Below, piece after piece: positions 27,167 through 37,322 of a stretch of DNA of 64,000 bases. Source of the stretch: an uncultured Pseudomonadota bacterium (GTDB lineage Bacteria; UBA10199; GCA-002796325; 1-14-0-20-49-13); the NCBI GenBank assembly GCA_964647545.1, contig CAZYHS010000004.1, positions 2,713 to 66,712 of the forward strand, in the 5' to 3' direction. The notes under the pieces are model-generated. The model saw only the letters and a list, made by a program, of their open reading frames with translations, did no database searches and was not told where the DNA came from. Numbering within the stretch: position 1 is the stretch's first letter; every line of letters begins with the position of its first letter. The position numbers and the translations under genes were made by a program.

Positions 27167-28203
27167 TACTGAAAAGCCTTCGTGAGTTCGTAGAACTTTC
27201 TGTCGAGAGGTCGCGCGCTTTTTGCAACAACCGCGATCGGCAATCTGACAATTTTGTCGCCTTGCAGGGCGACCATTTTTCCGTAGTCGCCATTGACGAC
27301 GCAGTTCATCGCCTCGACTCCGAAACGGGTCGCTAAAACTCTATCGTGGGCTGTCGGGCTTCCACCGCGCTGAATGTGCCCCAGCACGGTAACTCGAGTT
27401 TCATAACCTGTCTTGGCCTCGATCTGTTCGGCAAGGAACTGGCCTATTCCGCCAAAGCGGGCATGACCGAACTGGTCGATATTTTTGGACGCAAGTATCG
27501 GCTTGGACGTTTTTCCGCTTTTTAGACGAGCCCCTTCGGCGGCAACAACTATCGAAAAGAATTTACCGGCGTCGTGCCTTCTGCGTATCGCTTCGCAAAC
27601 TTCCTCGATCGTAAAAGGATGTTCGGGGACAAGCACCACGTCGGCGCCTCCCGCTAAACCCGAATAGGCGGCTATCCAGCCGGCGTCACGCCCCATAACT
27701 TCGACCACGACGACACGATTGTGAGATTCGGCGGTCGTGTGAATTCTGTCCACCGCCTCGGTGGCGATGGAGACCGCGGTGTCGAACCCGAAAGTAAAAT
27801 CGGTTCCCGGAAGGTCGTTATCGATCGTTTTTGGAATGCCGATGACCTTCACACCTTTTTTTGCAAGTTTGTTCGCGACCCCTAAAGTATCCTGTCCGCC
27901 GATTGCGATTATCACGTCGAGCCCCATCTTTTTGATGTTGCGCAATGCCGTGTTGGCCGACGAACTATCTTTGAACAGATTTGTGCGACTGGTGCCGATG
28001 ATGGTGCCGCCGCGATAGAGTAGCCCCGCTACGGTTTTGCGATCGAGATAGACGGTTTCGCAAGTTAGCAACCCCTGCCAGCCGTTCTTAATTCCGATGA
28101 CATTGTCGCCGAAATGATTCGCTCTCCAAACGATTGCGCGTATGACCGCGTTAAGTCCCGGACAATCTCCGCCGCCGGTTAAAATGCCGATGCGTTTGTT
28201 CAT
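27163..28203 (-). CDS. pfkA: 6-phosphofructokinase family protein (PPi-type signature residues)
   Basis: LTGGGDCPGLN, GGTIIGTSR, GGQDT, PKTIDND, EVMGR, LGHIQRGG; GGAG RBS before ATG 28203. Confidence 0.9.
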   Translation of the reverse strand: MNKRIGILTGGGDCPGLNAVIRAIVWRANHFGDNVIGIKNGWQGLLTCETVYLDRKTVAGLLYRGGTIIGTSRTNLFKDSSSANTALRNIKKMGLDVIIAIGGQDTLGVANKLAKKGVKVIGIPKTIDNDLPGTDFTFGFDTAVSIATEAVDRIHTTAESHNRVVVVEVMGRDAGWIAAYSGLAGGADVVLVPEHPFTIEEVCEAIRRRHDAGKFFSIVVAAEGARLKSGKTSKPILASKNIDQFGHARFGGIGQFLAEQIEAKTGYETRVTVLGHIQRGGSPTAHDRVLATRFGVEAMNCVVNGDYGKMVALQGDKIVRLPIAVVAKSARPLDRKFYELTKAFQY

Positions 28204-28316
28204 ATCGATGGCTCCCTTGTTTGGAAAAACTTTATAGCGGCGTGGCGGCCTCAAAGGCAAGAAAAAGAATTCCGGCGGGCGATGAGGCTAAGATGTCGAG
28301 GAAACTTAGGCGTTCG

Positions 28317-30125
28317 TCATTGATAGAGCACGAAAAATTCACGTTCGATCTTTTCGGTGACGCCGCTTTCGGGGTCGGTTGCGGTAACGATCGCGTCAAG
28401 AGAAACAACTCCTCTAGCAACGCCATTGGCCAGCTGTACGCTGCCGTAACGAATCGGCGGGTTTAAGATTCTGTCAAAACCGGCGCCCCGCATGAGCCCC
28501 GACAATTCGACGGCGTTCGAATCTTTCAGCGAAAATTCCACGCGACAGTCAAGACACTCTTCCGATTTCACGATATCGCCGGCCGCAGCCGCGACCTTGG
28601 AGACCTTGTAAAATTCGGACGCAATGAGCACGCGCCCTTCCCTAGGCAAATTCTCTGTTACGACCTTTCCGACAAGTTTTTGTTCAGCAGAGGTTACCCA
28701 CGCGCGACGGTCGTAAATAAAGAAGATCTTTTCCGGCAACGCATGCAAGTGACTTACGGCTTCGGCGTCGGGAGCAAGACGAACCTTTGCGACTTCGGCA
28801 GCGCATCCGAAACTTTCAACACCAATGCGGCAGGCAACGACTACGCCGCTGCAAAGATCGACGCTCGTTTTGATGTCTAGTCCGCCTTCGTTCGAAAGAA
28901 CGATCGCAAATCTGTCGTCCACAATTTTGACATTATTAATTTCTCCGCGAACGACTTTTGAAAACTCGCCTGCACACTCGGCCTCTGCCTCTACCGCAGG
29001 TGCGACAACAGGGCTTTCAGGCACGCCTCTCTCTTCCGGCTCGATCTGAATTCTCTGTGCCGCCAGACGGCTTTCCGAGATCGTCGAATCCTCGACTTTT
29101 AGAGTTCCGTCTCTTTCGGAATCGGTCGAAGCGGTCGTTCTTGTCGGAACCTCTGCAACGGTTGTCGTAGAGCCTGTAGCCGTGCGGATCTTTGTGTCGG
29201 CAAGAGTTTCGCGCGAGGCGATAGCGGATGAATCTCTGGTCAACCCTCCCGCGACATAGACAGGGACCGTAACGACAGGCTGCGAAGTCTGCGCTGTTAA
29301 CTGCGCCGCCTGACCGGCAGACGTTAAAGATTCTCTCGCCTCGGATTGAATTAAATTCTGCGCGCCCGAAATCTGGGCTCGAGATGAAGTCTGGGCCGAC
29401 GGCACCATGACGACGCCGGAAGTTTGAGGCTCGGCCTCGACAGAAGTTTCTTCCTTATCTTCGATCGCTACTTTCGAAAGCGAAAAGGCGTCGTTCTTTG
29501 CCGGCGTCTGTTTTACGGTGGAGACTTCGGCCTTCTGTTCCGCTTTTTTAGCGTTCGCGCCATTTGACACAACGCTCTCTTTCACCTGAGACGGAGCTAC
29601 GCTCACTCCACTGATAGAAACGCTCTGACCAAGGCCGACAGCAGGCTTTACAGACGACGGCTCTTTTGCATCCTGTGAAGGAGGCAAGATTTCAGAAGCC
29701 GTAATTTGCAGCGATAAAGCGTCACGCCCGCCGGAAGCCTTCGCAACTTTTTCCTCCGTCGCAACTTCCACTTTAGAATCGATCGAACAATCTTCTCCAT
29801 CGGCACACACGTGCGAACCCGCGACTTTTTGTGCAGCTTGATCTACTTTCGAGAGAGTGACCTGCTCATCTTGGCTCTTATCGAGCCTCTGCCGTTCGGG
29901 TCTGCCGAGCACGTAATCGCGAACCGCGGCAATAACTCCGGCCACAGAGTCAACCGCTGAACCGATAAAACGTTCGATGAAATTCTTTTTAACTTCGACT
30001 TGTTCGATTTTTTGAGACTGTTTGATATTTCCGGAATTTTGAGCCGCCGCATAGAGCGTGCCGCTGGTAAGAACGAAGATCAAAACTAACGCGGTAAAAA
30101 ATGAAAAAAATGGTCCGGTTCTCAT
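28317..30125 (-). CDS. Hypothetical secreted protein with a long Ser/Ala/Thr/Gln-rich linker and a Cys-containing C-terminal domain
   Basis: Signal peptide after ATG 30125, GGGAG RBS, long open frame, no recognisable family. Confidence 0.7.
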   Translation of the reverse strand: MRTGPFFSFFTALVLIFVLTSGTLYAAAQNSGNIKQSQKIEQVEVKKNFIERFIGSAVDSVAGVIAAVRDYVLGRPERQRLDKSQDEQVTLSKVDQAAQKVAGSHVCADGEDCSIDSKVEVATEEKVAKASGGRDALSLQITASEILPPSQDAKEPSSVKPAVGLGQSVSISGVSVAPSQVKESVVSNGANAKKAEQKAEVSTVKQTPAKNDAFSLSKVAIEDKEETSVEAEPQTSGVVMVPSAQTSSRAQISGAQNLIQSEARESLTSAGQAAQLTAQTSQPVVTVPVYVAGGLTRDSSAIASRETLADTKIRTATGSTTTVAEVPTRTTASTDSERDGTLKVEDSTISESRLAAQRIQIEPEERGVPESPVVAPAVEAEAECAGEFSKVVRGEINNVKIVDDRFAIVLSNEGGLDIKTSVDLCSGVVVACRIGVESFGCAAEVAKVRLAPDAEAVSHLHALPEKIFFIYDRRAWVTSAEQKLVGKVVTENLPREGRVLIASEFYKVSKVAAAAGDIVKSEECLDCRVEFSLKDSNAVELSGLMRGAGFDRILNPPIRYGSVQLANGVARGVVSLDAIVTATDPESGVTEKIEREFFVLYQ

Positions 30126-30150
30126 AACAGCTCCCTTCCCATGTAAATAG

Positions 30151-30166
30151 AGCAAGAAGCGTGCCA
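30151..30166 (-). promoter_or_regulatory. sigma54 (RpoN) -24/-12 promoter
   Basis: Minus strand TGGCACG-cttc-TTGCT is an exact match to TGGCACG-N4-TTGCW; implied +1 near 30140, 15 nt before ATG 30125. Confidence 0.72.
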
Positions 30167-30254
30167 CGGCAAAACGATTATATCACCTTGATATAATTAG
30201 CTTTTTTATTTGTTAAAGGTCGTGCTGCGGGTAAATTTTCACCCCTTGCGACGC

Positions 30255-31523
30255 TCATTTCTTATCGGTTTGAGAATTGTTCTGTAAAGCTCCGGCGCGG
30301 AATATTTCCCAGCTTTTCAGATAATTGAGCGCGATCTCTTTTTGGTAGTCACCCTTTGACGCAGTGACGTCGAGCTTTTGAGCTTCGGCGGCATCGAGCC
30401 TGTCCGGAACTTCGATATGTCCGGGGAGATCTTTTTCACGCACCTGACGTTTCTTTTCGACGACATCGGGGGGTGCATCTTCAACTATGATATCGGGGAC
30501 GATTCCCTGTGCTTGAATCGACCGGCCTTTCGGAGTGAAATACAAGGCGATCGTGAGTTTTAAAGCGCTGCCGTCGTCCATTTCGACGACCGTTTGCACG
30601 CTCCCCTTTCCGAAACTTTGAGTCCCCAAAACTACCGCGCGCTGATGATCCTGAAGAGCGCCGGCGACAATTTCGGCCGCGCTGGCGGTTCCGCCGTTCA
30701 CAAGAACAATCACAGGATAGTTTGGCTGAGTCCCTTCGGCTGTTGCTTCGCGCCGATCTATCTCTTTTCCTCTGCTTTCCGTCGTAACTATCACGCCCTT
30801 CTCGAGAAAGATGTCGGCGACTTTGACCGCCTGCTCCAGCAATCCGCCCGGATCGTTACGCAGATCGAGAATCAGCCCGCGAAGAGCCTTTTGCTTTGCG
30901 AACTTGTTGAGAGCGTTTTCAAGGTCCTTTGACGTACGCTCTTGAAAAGTTCTAATCTTCACATAGCCATATTCTCTGTCGAGCACTTCGCTCATTACGC
31001 TTGGAACACGGATCATCTCGCGCGGCACGCTTATCTCGAACTGCTTTTTGGGATCGTCGCGAACGATGGTAAGGGTCGTCTTGCTGCCGATTTTGCCGCG
31101 CATCTTTAACGCCGCTTCGCTTAGGTCAAGCTCTCGCGTCGAGACTCCGTCTATCTTTAAAATTTTGTCGCCGGGCTTTAAACCTGCCTTTGCCGCCGGA
31201 GAACCTTCGATGGGGGTGACTATCGTAAGAACTCCCCCTTTGTAGGTTACTTCAATTCCGATGCCGCCGAACTTTCCGGCCGTATCGACCCTCAATTCTT
31301 TGTAGGCTTCGGGTGGCATGTAAACCGTGTGAGGATCGAGCCCCATAAGCATGCCGCGAATCGCGTTGCGAATGAGCTGGCCGTCATCGATAGGCTCGAC
31401 ATAATTTGTTTCGACCTGACTTAGCACCTTCGAAAAAACATGAAGCCCTTTGAAGCCGGCGTCCGACAAAGCAAAAGCCTCGGCCGATATCAACACAAGA
31501 ACTGTGGCAATAATTTTTTTCAT
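30255..31523 (-). CDS. ctpA: S41 carboxyl-terminal processing protease with PDZ domain
   Basis: LDPHT, FGGIGIE, DLRNDPGGLL, TASAAEIVAGALQD, GTQSFGKGSVQ, GIVPDI. Confidence 0.93.
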   Translation of the reverse strand: MKKIIATVLVLISAEAFALSDAGFKGLHVFSKVLSQVETNYVEPIDDGQLIRNAIRGMLMGLDPHTVYMPPEAYKELRVDTAGKFGGIGIEVTYKGGVLTIVTPIEGSPAAKAGLKPGDKILKIDGVSTRELDLSEAALKMRGKIGSKTTLTIVRDDPKKQFEISVPREMIRVPSVMSEVLDREYGYVKIRTFQERTSKDLENALNKFAKQKALRGLILDLRNDPGGLLEQAVKVADIFLEKGVIVTTESRGKEIDRREATAEGTQPNYPVIVLVNGGTASAAEIVAGALQDHQRAVVLGTQSFGKGSVQTVVEMDDGSALKLTIALYFTPKGRSIQAQGIVPDIIVEDAPPDVVEKKRQVREKDLPGHIEVPDRLDAAEAQKLDVTASKGDYQKEIALNYLKSWEIFRAGALQNNSQTDKK

Positions 31524-31575
31524 AGATTTTAACCTGTCCGCACGGTTTATAACATTTCACGCCGCGGCAGCGCAA

Positions 31576-32373
31576 CTACAAGTCCACCCTTTTTACCGGA
31601 GGCACGTCCCCCTCAAGAAACGCCGACGCCACTTTTTCAAAACGGGCCGGGAGATCGGTTACATAAAGTTGATGTTCGGGGCGCCCCGTTTTTTTTGCTT
31701 TCAGCAATTTATTGGCGGACAATTCAAAATGAAGCGCTGCGCCGGTCGCCTCGGCCGAATCGATTAGCCGGACTTTTTTGCCGACCGCGCGTTGAATGAC
31801 CTTTTTCAACATTGGATAGTGCGTACACCCTAGAATTAACGTGTCTATGTGCTCGGAAGCGAACGACCCAAGATAGCGTTTTGCGATTTCGAACGTCACC
31901 TTGTCGTCAAACCAGCCCTCTTCGACAAGAGGGACAAAAAGCGGACAGGCCTGACTTACAACCCGAACCTTCGAATCAAGCTCTTTCAAACCGCGCGCAT
32001 AGGCGTTGCTTGCAATTGTCGCCGGAGTCGCGATAACTCCGACGTGTTTGCTCTTTGTGACATTGAGAGCAGCCATACAGCCGGGTTCGATAACGCCGAT
32101 GACCGGCACGTCGATCTCTTTCCGCAGCAGCGGCAAACTGTAAGCACTTGAAGTGTTGCAGGCGACCACAAGGGCCTTGATTCCGCGGGTGGCCAAAAAC
32201 CTTGCGTTCTCGATCGAATAGCGGATGACCGTTTCGGCCGACTTGGTCCCGTACGGCACGCGCGCGGTATCGCCGAGATAGATGAGGGTTTCGTTGGGAA
32301 TCGCGCGGCGGATCGCGTTAAAAACGGTCAGCCCGCCGACTCCGGAATCAAATATGCCGATTGCACGTTTCAT
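31576..32373 (-). CDS. murI: Glutamate racemase
   Basis: FDSGVGG, GDTARVPYG, VACNTSS, LGCTHYP. Confidence 0.96.
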   Translation of the reverse strand: MKRAIGIFDSGVGGLTVFNAIRRAIPNETLIYLGDTARVPYGTKSAETVIRYSIENARFLATRGIKALVVACNTSSAYSLPLLRKEIDVPVIGVIEPGCMAALNVTKSKHVGVIATPATIASNAYARGLKELDSKVRVVSQACPLFVPLVEEGWFDDKVTFEIAKRYLGSFASEHIDTLILGCTHYPMLKKVIQRAVGKKVRLIDSAEATGAALHFELSANKLLKAKKTGRPEHQLYVTDLPARFEKVASAFLEGDVPPVKRVDL

Positions 32374-32470
32374 AATGATGCGCGCTCTCTAGCACCCATT
32401 ATGCTTCCATTTCAACTCTTCTCTTTTCGCCCGAAAAAGCGGCCTTTATGACGAGTGAACGGCCATAACT

Positions 32471-33385
32471 TTACGCAACGGTGGAATAAAGCTTCCCCTG
32501 AAAAGTGTCGCGCCTTGCCAACTCGGCGTGGACCGCGTTGAGTGTGGCCAGTTTATTGACGCTCCAAGCCGGCGCAACCGTCAAGGCGCGCGGGCTATGA
32601 CTATTGAAACGATGAATGAGCATTTGAGGAGAAAAGCGTTCGAGACAATCAACGACCAGCGCGGCGTATTCGTCCAACCCCAAGACTTGGAAAGCTCCGT
32701 CATTGTAGAGTTTCTCAAGAGGCGTGTTTTTAAGCACGTGCAGGTTATGGATCTTCACGCCGTCGATCTTTTCATCGTTTAGCAAAGCTACGGTTTTGAA
32801 AACGTCGTTGCGAGTTTCGTGCGGCAGCCCCAAAATAATGTGAGCGCAGGTCATAATTCCAGCCTCACGCAATTTTCGCGCGGCCTCGACGAATTCGCAA
32901 GATGTGTGATGACGTTCTAAAAATCGCAAGGTCGCGTCGTTTGACGTTTGCAAGCCCAGCTCGACCCACAAGAACGTCTTTTTATTTATCTCTTTAAGAG
33001 CCTCAAGTGCGACATCGTCGAGGCAATCGGGGCGGGTCGATACGGCAAGGCCGACAACATCTTTATGTGAAACGGCTTCGCTGTAAACGCGCCTGAGCTT
33101 TGCCGCATCGCCGTAAGTGTTCGAATAGTGCTGAAGATAGGCGATAAATTTCGTGGCATGATGCCGACGCAAAACCTCTTTTACGCCGTTTTCAAGCTGC
33201 TCGGCGATCGGCGTTTCAATCGAACGCCCGGGATGATTGCTTTCAGGATTGCAGAAAAGACACCCTCCGCGGGACTTTGTACCATCGCGGTTAGGGCAGG
33301 TAAAAGAGGCGCCGAGACTTATCTTGTAAACGCGTTCGCCGAATTTTTCTTTCAGGAACGTATTGATCGAACGATACCGCTCCAT
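32471..33385 (-). CDS. Radical SAM protein, TIGR01212 (YhcC-like) family
   Basis: FTCPNRDG..SRGGCLFC, STRPDCL, ELGLQT, GVKIHNLHVLK. Confidence 0.9.
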   Translation of the reverse strand: MERYRSINTFLKEKFGERVYKISLGASFTCPNRDGTKSRGGCLFCNPESNHPGRSIETPIAEQLENGVKEVLRRHHATKFIAYLQHYSNTYGDAAKLRRVYSEAVSHKDVVGLAVSTRPDCLDDVALEALKEINKKTFLWVELGLQTSNDATLRFLERHHTSCEFVEAARKLREAGIMTCAHIILGLPHETRNDVFKTVALLNDEKIDGVKIHNLHVLKNTPLEKLYNDGAFQVLGLDEYAALVVDCLERFSPQMLIHRFNSHSPRALTVAPAWSVNKLATLNAVHAELARRDTFQGKLYSTVA

Positions 33386-33391
33386 GGCGGA

Positions 33392-33958
33392 CTAGAAGTG
33401 AAAACCGACATTGCCGGCGAGAGAGAACGGGAAGATTGCGGTTCCGTTGTTCTTGCCGTCGGTTTTATCGATAAGCCCTATGCTTTTGAAGGCGGCCGAA
33501 AGACCGACCGACCATTTCTCGGTGAAATAATAGTCGCAGCCGATACCGGCGCTTGCTCCCATACCGATGGCGAAAGTGCCGTCGCTCCTAGTCCCTTCCG
33601 AAATAGCGTACAAGCCGATACCGGCCATCACGTAAGGGTCCCAGCGCGACTCGCTGGTAAGAATATAATATTTAAAGTCGATGGTCGGGATACCTAAAAA
33701 TTCGATGCCGTTGTCGCCCTTTGAAATTCCCTGCCCGTCTTCGGTCGTCACCATCACGCTGAACTGTGTCGAAAGCTGCGGGCTCCAGCGATAGTCGAAG
33801 AAGAGGTAGCCGCCGACACCGGGCCCAAGTTCGGGGCTTGCATCAACGACAAAAATATTTCCCACCGGACCTCCGCCGATCGTAAAATTTTCGGCGCGAG
33901 CGATGGTTGAAACGCAAGCCATCGTAAGAATAACCGCAAGTGTGAATATTTTTTTCAT
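33392..33958 (-). CDS. Small outer-membrane beta-barrel protein
   Basis: Signal peptide from ATG 33958, PYVMAGIG, GIGCDYYF, terminal GFHF. Confidence 0.75.
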   Translation of the reverse strand: MKKIFTLAVILTMACVSTIARAENFTIGGGPVGNIFVVDASPELGPGVGGYLFFDYRWSPQLSTQFSVMVTTEDGQGISKGDNGIEFLGIPTIDFKYYILTSESRWDPYVMAGIGLYAISEGTRSDGTFAIGMGASAGIGCDYYFTEKWSVGLSAAFKSIGLIDKTDGKNNGTAIFPFSLAGNVGFHF

Positions 33959-33992
33959 TGTCTCCCCCGAATGAGAATTAAGTTGGATTGAA

Positions 33993-34607
33993 TCAATCAC
34001 AAATCTCCACCGTTCGTCCACGAATTTTTAACCGCCCGCTCGCGAAAAGTTCGACCGCCTCCGGATAAATTTTATGCTCCTGCTCCAAAATGCGCGCCGC
34101 AAGGGTCTCTTCGGTGTCATCATTTTTCACCGGCACAACAGATTGCAAAATAATTGCGCCGGCGTCAACGCCTTCGTTCACAAAATGGACCGTGCAGCCG
34201 GTGAACTTCACACCGTAATCGAGCGCCTGTTTTTGCGAATGAATTCCCGGAAAGCTGGGCAGGAGCGCCGGATGAATATTAATGATGGCGTTTGGGAACG
34301 CGCCGATAAATGTCGGCGACAATACGCGCATGAAACCAGCTAGGCACACAAGTTGCGCTCCGGCCGATTTGATTTTCTCGATCAACACCATTTCAAAATC
34401 TTCGCGCGATGAAAAATCTTTGTGGCTGACAACAAGAGTCGGAACGTTGTGTTTTTTGCAGCGCTCGAGCGCAAAGGCGTCGGCCTTATTGCTGATGACG
34501 AGTTTTATTTCGGCATTGCAGCGTCCGACTTCGATCGCGTCGATGATCGCCTGCAAATTCGAGCCGCTCCCCGAAACTAAAACCGCTATGGGAAATTTTT
34601 TGCTCAT
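33993..34607 (-). CDS. purN: Phosphoribosylglycinamide formyltransferase
   Basis: SGSGSNLQA, LAGFMRVL, NIHPALLP, GCTVHFV. Confidence 0.96.
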   Translation of the reverse strand: MSKKFPIAVLVSGSGSNLQAIIDAIEVGRCNAEIKLVISNKADAFALERCKKHNVPTLVVSHKDFSSREDFEMVLIEKIKSAGAQLVCLAGFMRVLSPTFIGAFPNAIINIHPALLPSFPGIHSQKQALDYGVKFTGCTVHFVNEGVDAGAIILQSVVPVKNDDTEETLAARILEQEHKIYPEAVELFASGRLKIRGRTVEICD

Positions 34608-35647
34608 ACGGTAAGAATGTCGTCCTTGTTTTTACGCTCGATAACTTCTCCGATAACGTACGCGCTTTCACCAAACGCGTTAATTTTTTTCAAAATAGCA
34701 TCGGACTTTTTGGGCGACACAGCAAGCACAAGCCCCAACCCGCAATTAAAAACTCTCAACATTTCAAAATCGTCGACCGAACCGGCCTTTTGCAACACAT
34801 CAAAAATTGCCGGCCGTTTCCAACTCGACAACTTGATTTTCGCCTGCAATTTTTCGGGAATAACGCGCGGAACGTTACCGGGGAGACCTCCGCCGGTTAT
34901 GTGTGCAATGCCGTGAATGCCGTGGTCGAGGTGCGATCTGCCGCCGTCAACCAGCGACAGCACAAGCGGCGGATAGAGCTTTGTCGGCTCAAGCACAGCA
35001 TCGAGCAAAGTCTTGTCGCCAACCTTTGAATTCCAGTCGAGACTTGCATCGGAAATTATTTTTCTCACCAGCGAATAGCCGTTGGAGTGAAGTCCGCTTG
35101 AAGCAACGCCGATCAAAACATCGCCGGCGGCCACATGACGGCCATCAATTGAAAGATCGCGGTCAACGATACCGACCGAAAAGCCTGCAAGGTCGAAATC
35201 TTTGCCGGAGTACATGCCGGGCATCTCCGCCGTTTCACCGCCGATAAGAGAGCAGTTGCAAACTTTGCAGGCACGCGCAATTCCAGCGATGACCGGCGCA
35301 TGAGCTTCGGGCTTTAACGCGCCGACGGCAAAATAATCCAAGAAGAAGAGCGGCTCGGCGCCGCAGCAGACCAGATCGTTAACGCACATGCCGACCAAGT
35401 CCTGACCGATCGTGTCGTATCTGTCGTGATCGATCGCAACTTTGAGTTTTGTGCCGACGCCGTCGGTTGACGAAACCAGCACAGGATTTTTCATGTTTTT
35501 GAAATTTACGGCAAACGATGCGGCAAACGGACCGACGCCCCCCATAACTTCGGGCCGGTAGGTCGATTTCGCGTGCGGCGCAATTAAATCGACGAAATGA
35601 TCCCCCGCGTCGATATCGACGCCAGAATTTTTGTAAGTGTGTGCCAT
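34604..35647 (-). CDS. purM: Phosphoribosylformylglycinamidine cyclo-ligase
   Basis: YKNSGVDI, STDGVGTK, GGETAEMPG, SSGLHSNGYSL, HITGGG. Confidence 0.96.
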   Translation of the reverse strand: MAHTYKNSGVDIDAGDHFVDLIAPHAKSTYRPEVMGGVGPFAASFAVNFKNMKNPVLVSSTDGVGTKLKVAIDHDRYDTIGQDLVGMCVNDLVCCGAEPLFFLDYFAVGALKPEAHAPVIAGIARACKVCNCSLIGGETAEMPGMYSGKDFDLAGFSVGIVDRDLSIDGRHVAAGDVLIGVASSGLHSNGYSLVRKIISDASLDWNSKVGDKTLLDAVLEPTKLYPPLVLSLVDGGRSHLDHGIHGIAHITGGGLPGNVPRVIPEKLQAKIKLSSWKRPAIFDVLQKAGSVDDFEMLRVFNCGLGLVLAVSPKKSDAILKKINAFGESAYVIGEVIERKNKDDILTV

Positions 35648-35698
35648 AGGTTTGCGCTTATTGCCTAACTTGCGGCGCAAGGCAACTATTTTAACCGC

Positions 35699-37162
35699 TT
35701 ACAAAATCTTCGCCAGTGCGGCGTCACAGGAGGCTGCGCAATATGGGTCTTGTGACAGGGTCGCGCCAGTGACAAGAGCGGGGATTGCGTCGTATGACGC
35801 CTCTTTTCCTTCGCCAAGAAGGAAGGCCAGACTACCGCATTCATCGCCGTGACGATAAATAGCATCTGACAACAATGCAATTTTCTTTTGAGTTTCTAAA
35901 CGCTCGAATAAAAATATATCTGAGTCAAAGCGGTTTGCACTTTCCCATTTTTTCATGACAGCAAGGCTACCTACCTGAAGCTCAAGCTGTCTTATCTGCG
36001 CCGACAGCTCTTCGCCCAAACGCCCCGAGAATTTTTTTATGTGTTCCGGCGAATTTCTTACAAGCGTGCCGATTGCCACAAGCGACAAGCGTTCGCTTTG
36101 GTGAGAACCAACAAATCCGGCAATTGCGTCAAAAGCTTGCGATGTGCCGATCTCAACCAGCAAATCTAAAAATCTCAGCGTCTTCATTTCGTAAGGTTCA
36201 GTAGCAATCAAATCGGCTATCCTATCAACGATAGGAATATCGACATTGAAAGCTTTGGCCATACGAACATAGGCACTTATGTTCTCAATTTGGTATTTTA
36301 ATTCATAAGCCGGTTTAGCAGCGTACTCGATCCCCTTGTCGGCCAAAACAGCTTTCACGCTCTCGGTATCGAGCTTTTTAAATAACTCCAAGTAACGGTC
36401 GTGCGGTTCGGTGAAACGCAAGTCAAACAAACGCCGCTCGTAGTGTTCATACAACATCTCGGTTGTTTTGTCCGAGCCGTACGTTTTCAAAAACAATTCG
36501 AACAAATCGTCAAAGATTTCATTGCCACAGGGGCTGTTTGGCTCACCATGCCAATCTTTAACGGTCGAAGTTCTATACAAAAGGTCGCTAGCCAATTTAT
36601 GGGCCTGTTCCGGAAAAAGCTTTACCAAAGAGGCGATATAAAGGGGGTCTGATGTCGGCATGTAGTGGCAAAAGCCGCTATTTAACACACCATGACATGA
36701 CAATTCCGCGGCTTTATAAAATTCCTGAAAGGTCATCTCCGTACAGCCCGCATAGACAGCCGCATTGATTATCATGAAATTGAGGGGCTCTTCTGCAAAA
36801 TAAAAATTACCGGTCCCTTTGCACCAGACCTTATCGGCATCTTTCTCTTCTCTTAGCAGTTTAATTATCGCGGGGCATGCCACGCTTGCCTTATCCTTAT
36901 GAATTTGGAAAGTCGCCATGGCATTACATTTGTCTTCTTGGCTCGGCCCGAAAAAGCTGTTTAATTCATCGTTAAATTCTCTAACTCTCTTGGGCACGTC
37001 ATCTCCGTGACGGTTACAGGCTAATCCTCCAAGTAAACTAAAACCGCCGCCTATGATCTTAGCTCCCATATCAAGAAAGGCCTTTGTGTCAGCCGACGAT
37101 TGGATGATCGGCTTAGAGTTAAAACCGAGACCCGACATAAATTTCAAATCAAAACCCGACAT
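35699..37162 (-). CDS. Orphan protein with HEAT-like helical C-terminus
   Basis: 487-codon ORF, AGGAGG RBS, upstream TTGACA-N17-TAGCTA, AT-richer than its flanks; no signal peptide. Confidence 0.7.
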   Translation of the reverse strand: MSGFDLKFMSGLGFNSKPIIQSSADTKAFLDMGAKIIGGGFSLLGGLACNRHGDDVPKRVREFNDELNSFFGPSQEDKCNAMATFQIHKDKASVACPAIIKLLREEKDADKVWCKGTGNFYFAEEPLNFMIINAAVYAGCTEMTFQEFYKAAELSCHGVLNSGFCHYMPTSDPLYIASLVKLFPEQAHKLASDLLYRTSTVKDWHGEPNSPCGNEIFDDLFELFLKTYGSDKTTEMLYEHYERRLFDLRFTEPHDRYLELFKKLDTESVKAVLADKGIEYAAKPAYELKYQIENISAYVRMAKAFNVDIPIVDRIADLIATEPYEMKTLRFLDLLVEIGTSQAFDAIAGFVGSHQSERLSLVAIGTLVRNSPEHIKKFSGRLGEELSAQIRQLELQVGSLAVMKKWESANRFDSDIFLFERLETQKKIALLSDAIYRHGDECGSLAFLLGEGKEASYDAIPALVTGATLSQDPYCAASCDAALAKIL

Positions 37163-37322
37163 AAAAGCCTCCTTTTAATTGAAAAGTTAGCTAGCTTCGA
37201 CAGGTCAGCATGTCAACCCAAAACACTATGCGACCTAAAAATTCTGCGCCATTATTAAAAAAATATTATGAGAAAATGGCAAGTTATGCTAGTTCGAGTC
37301 GCACAACGCAATACACGGGGGT

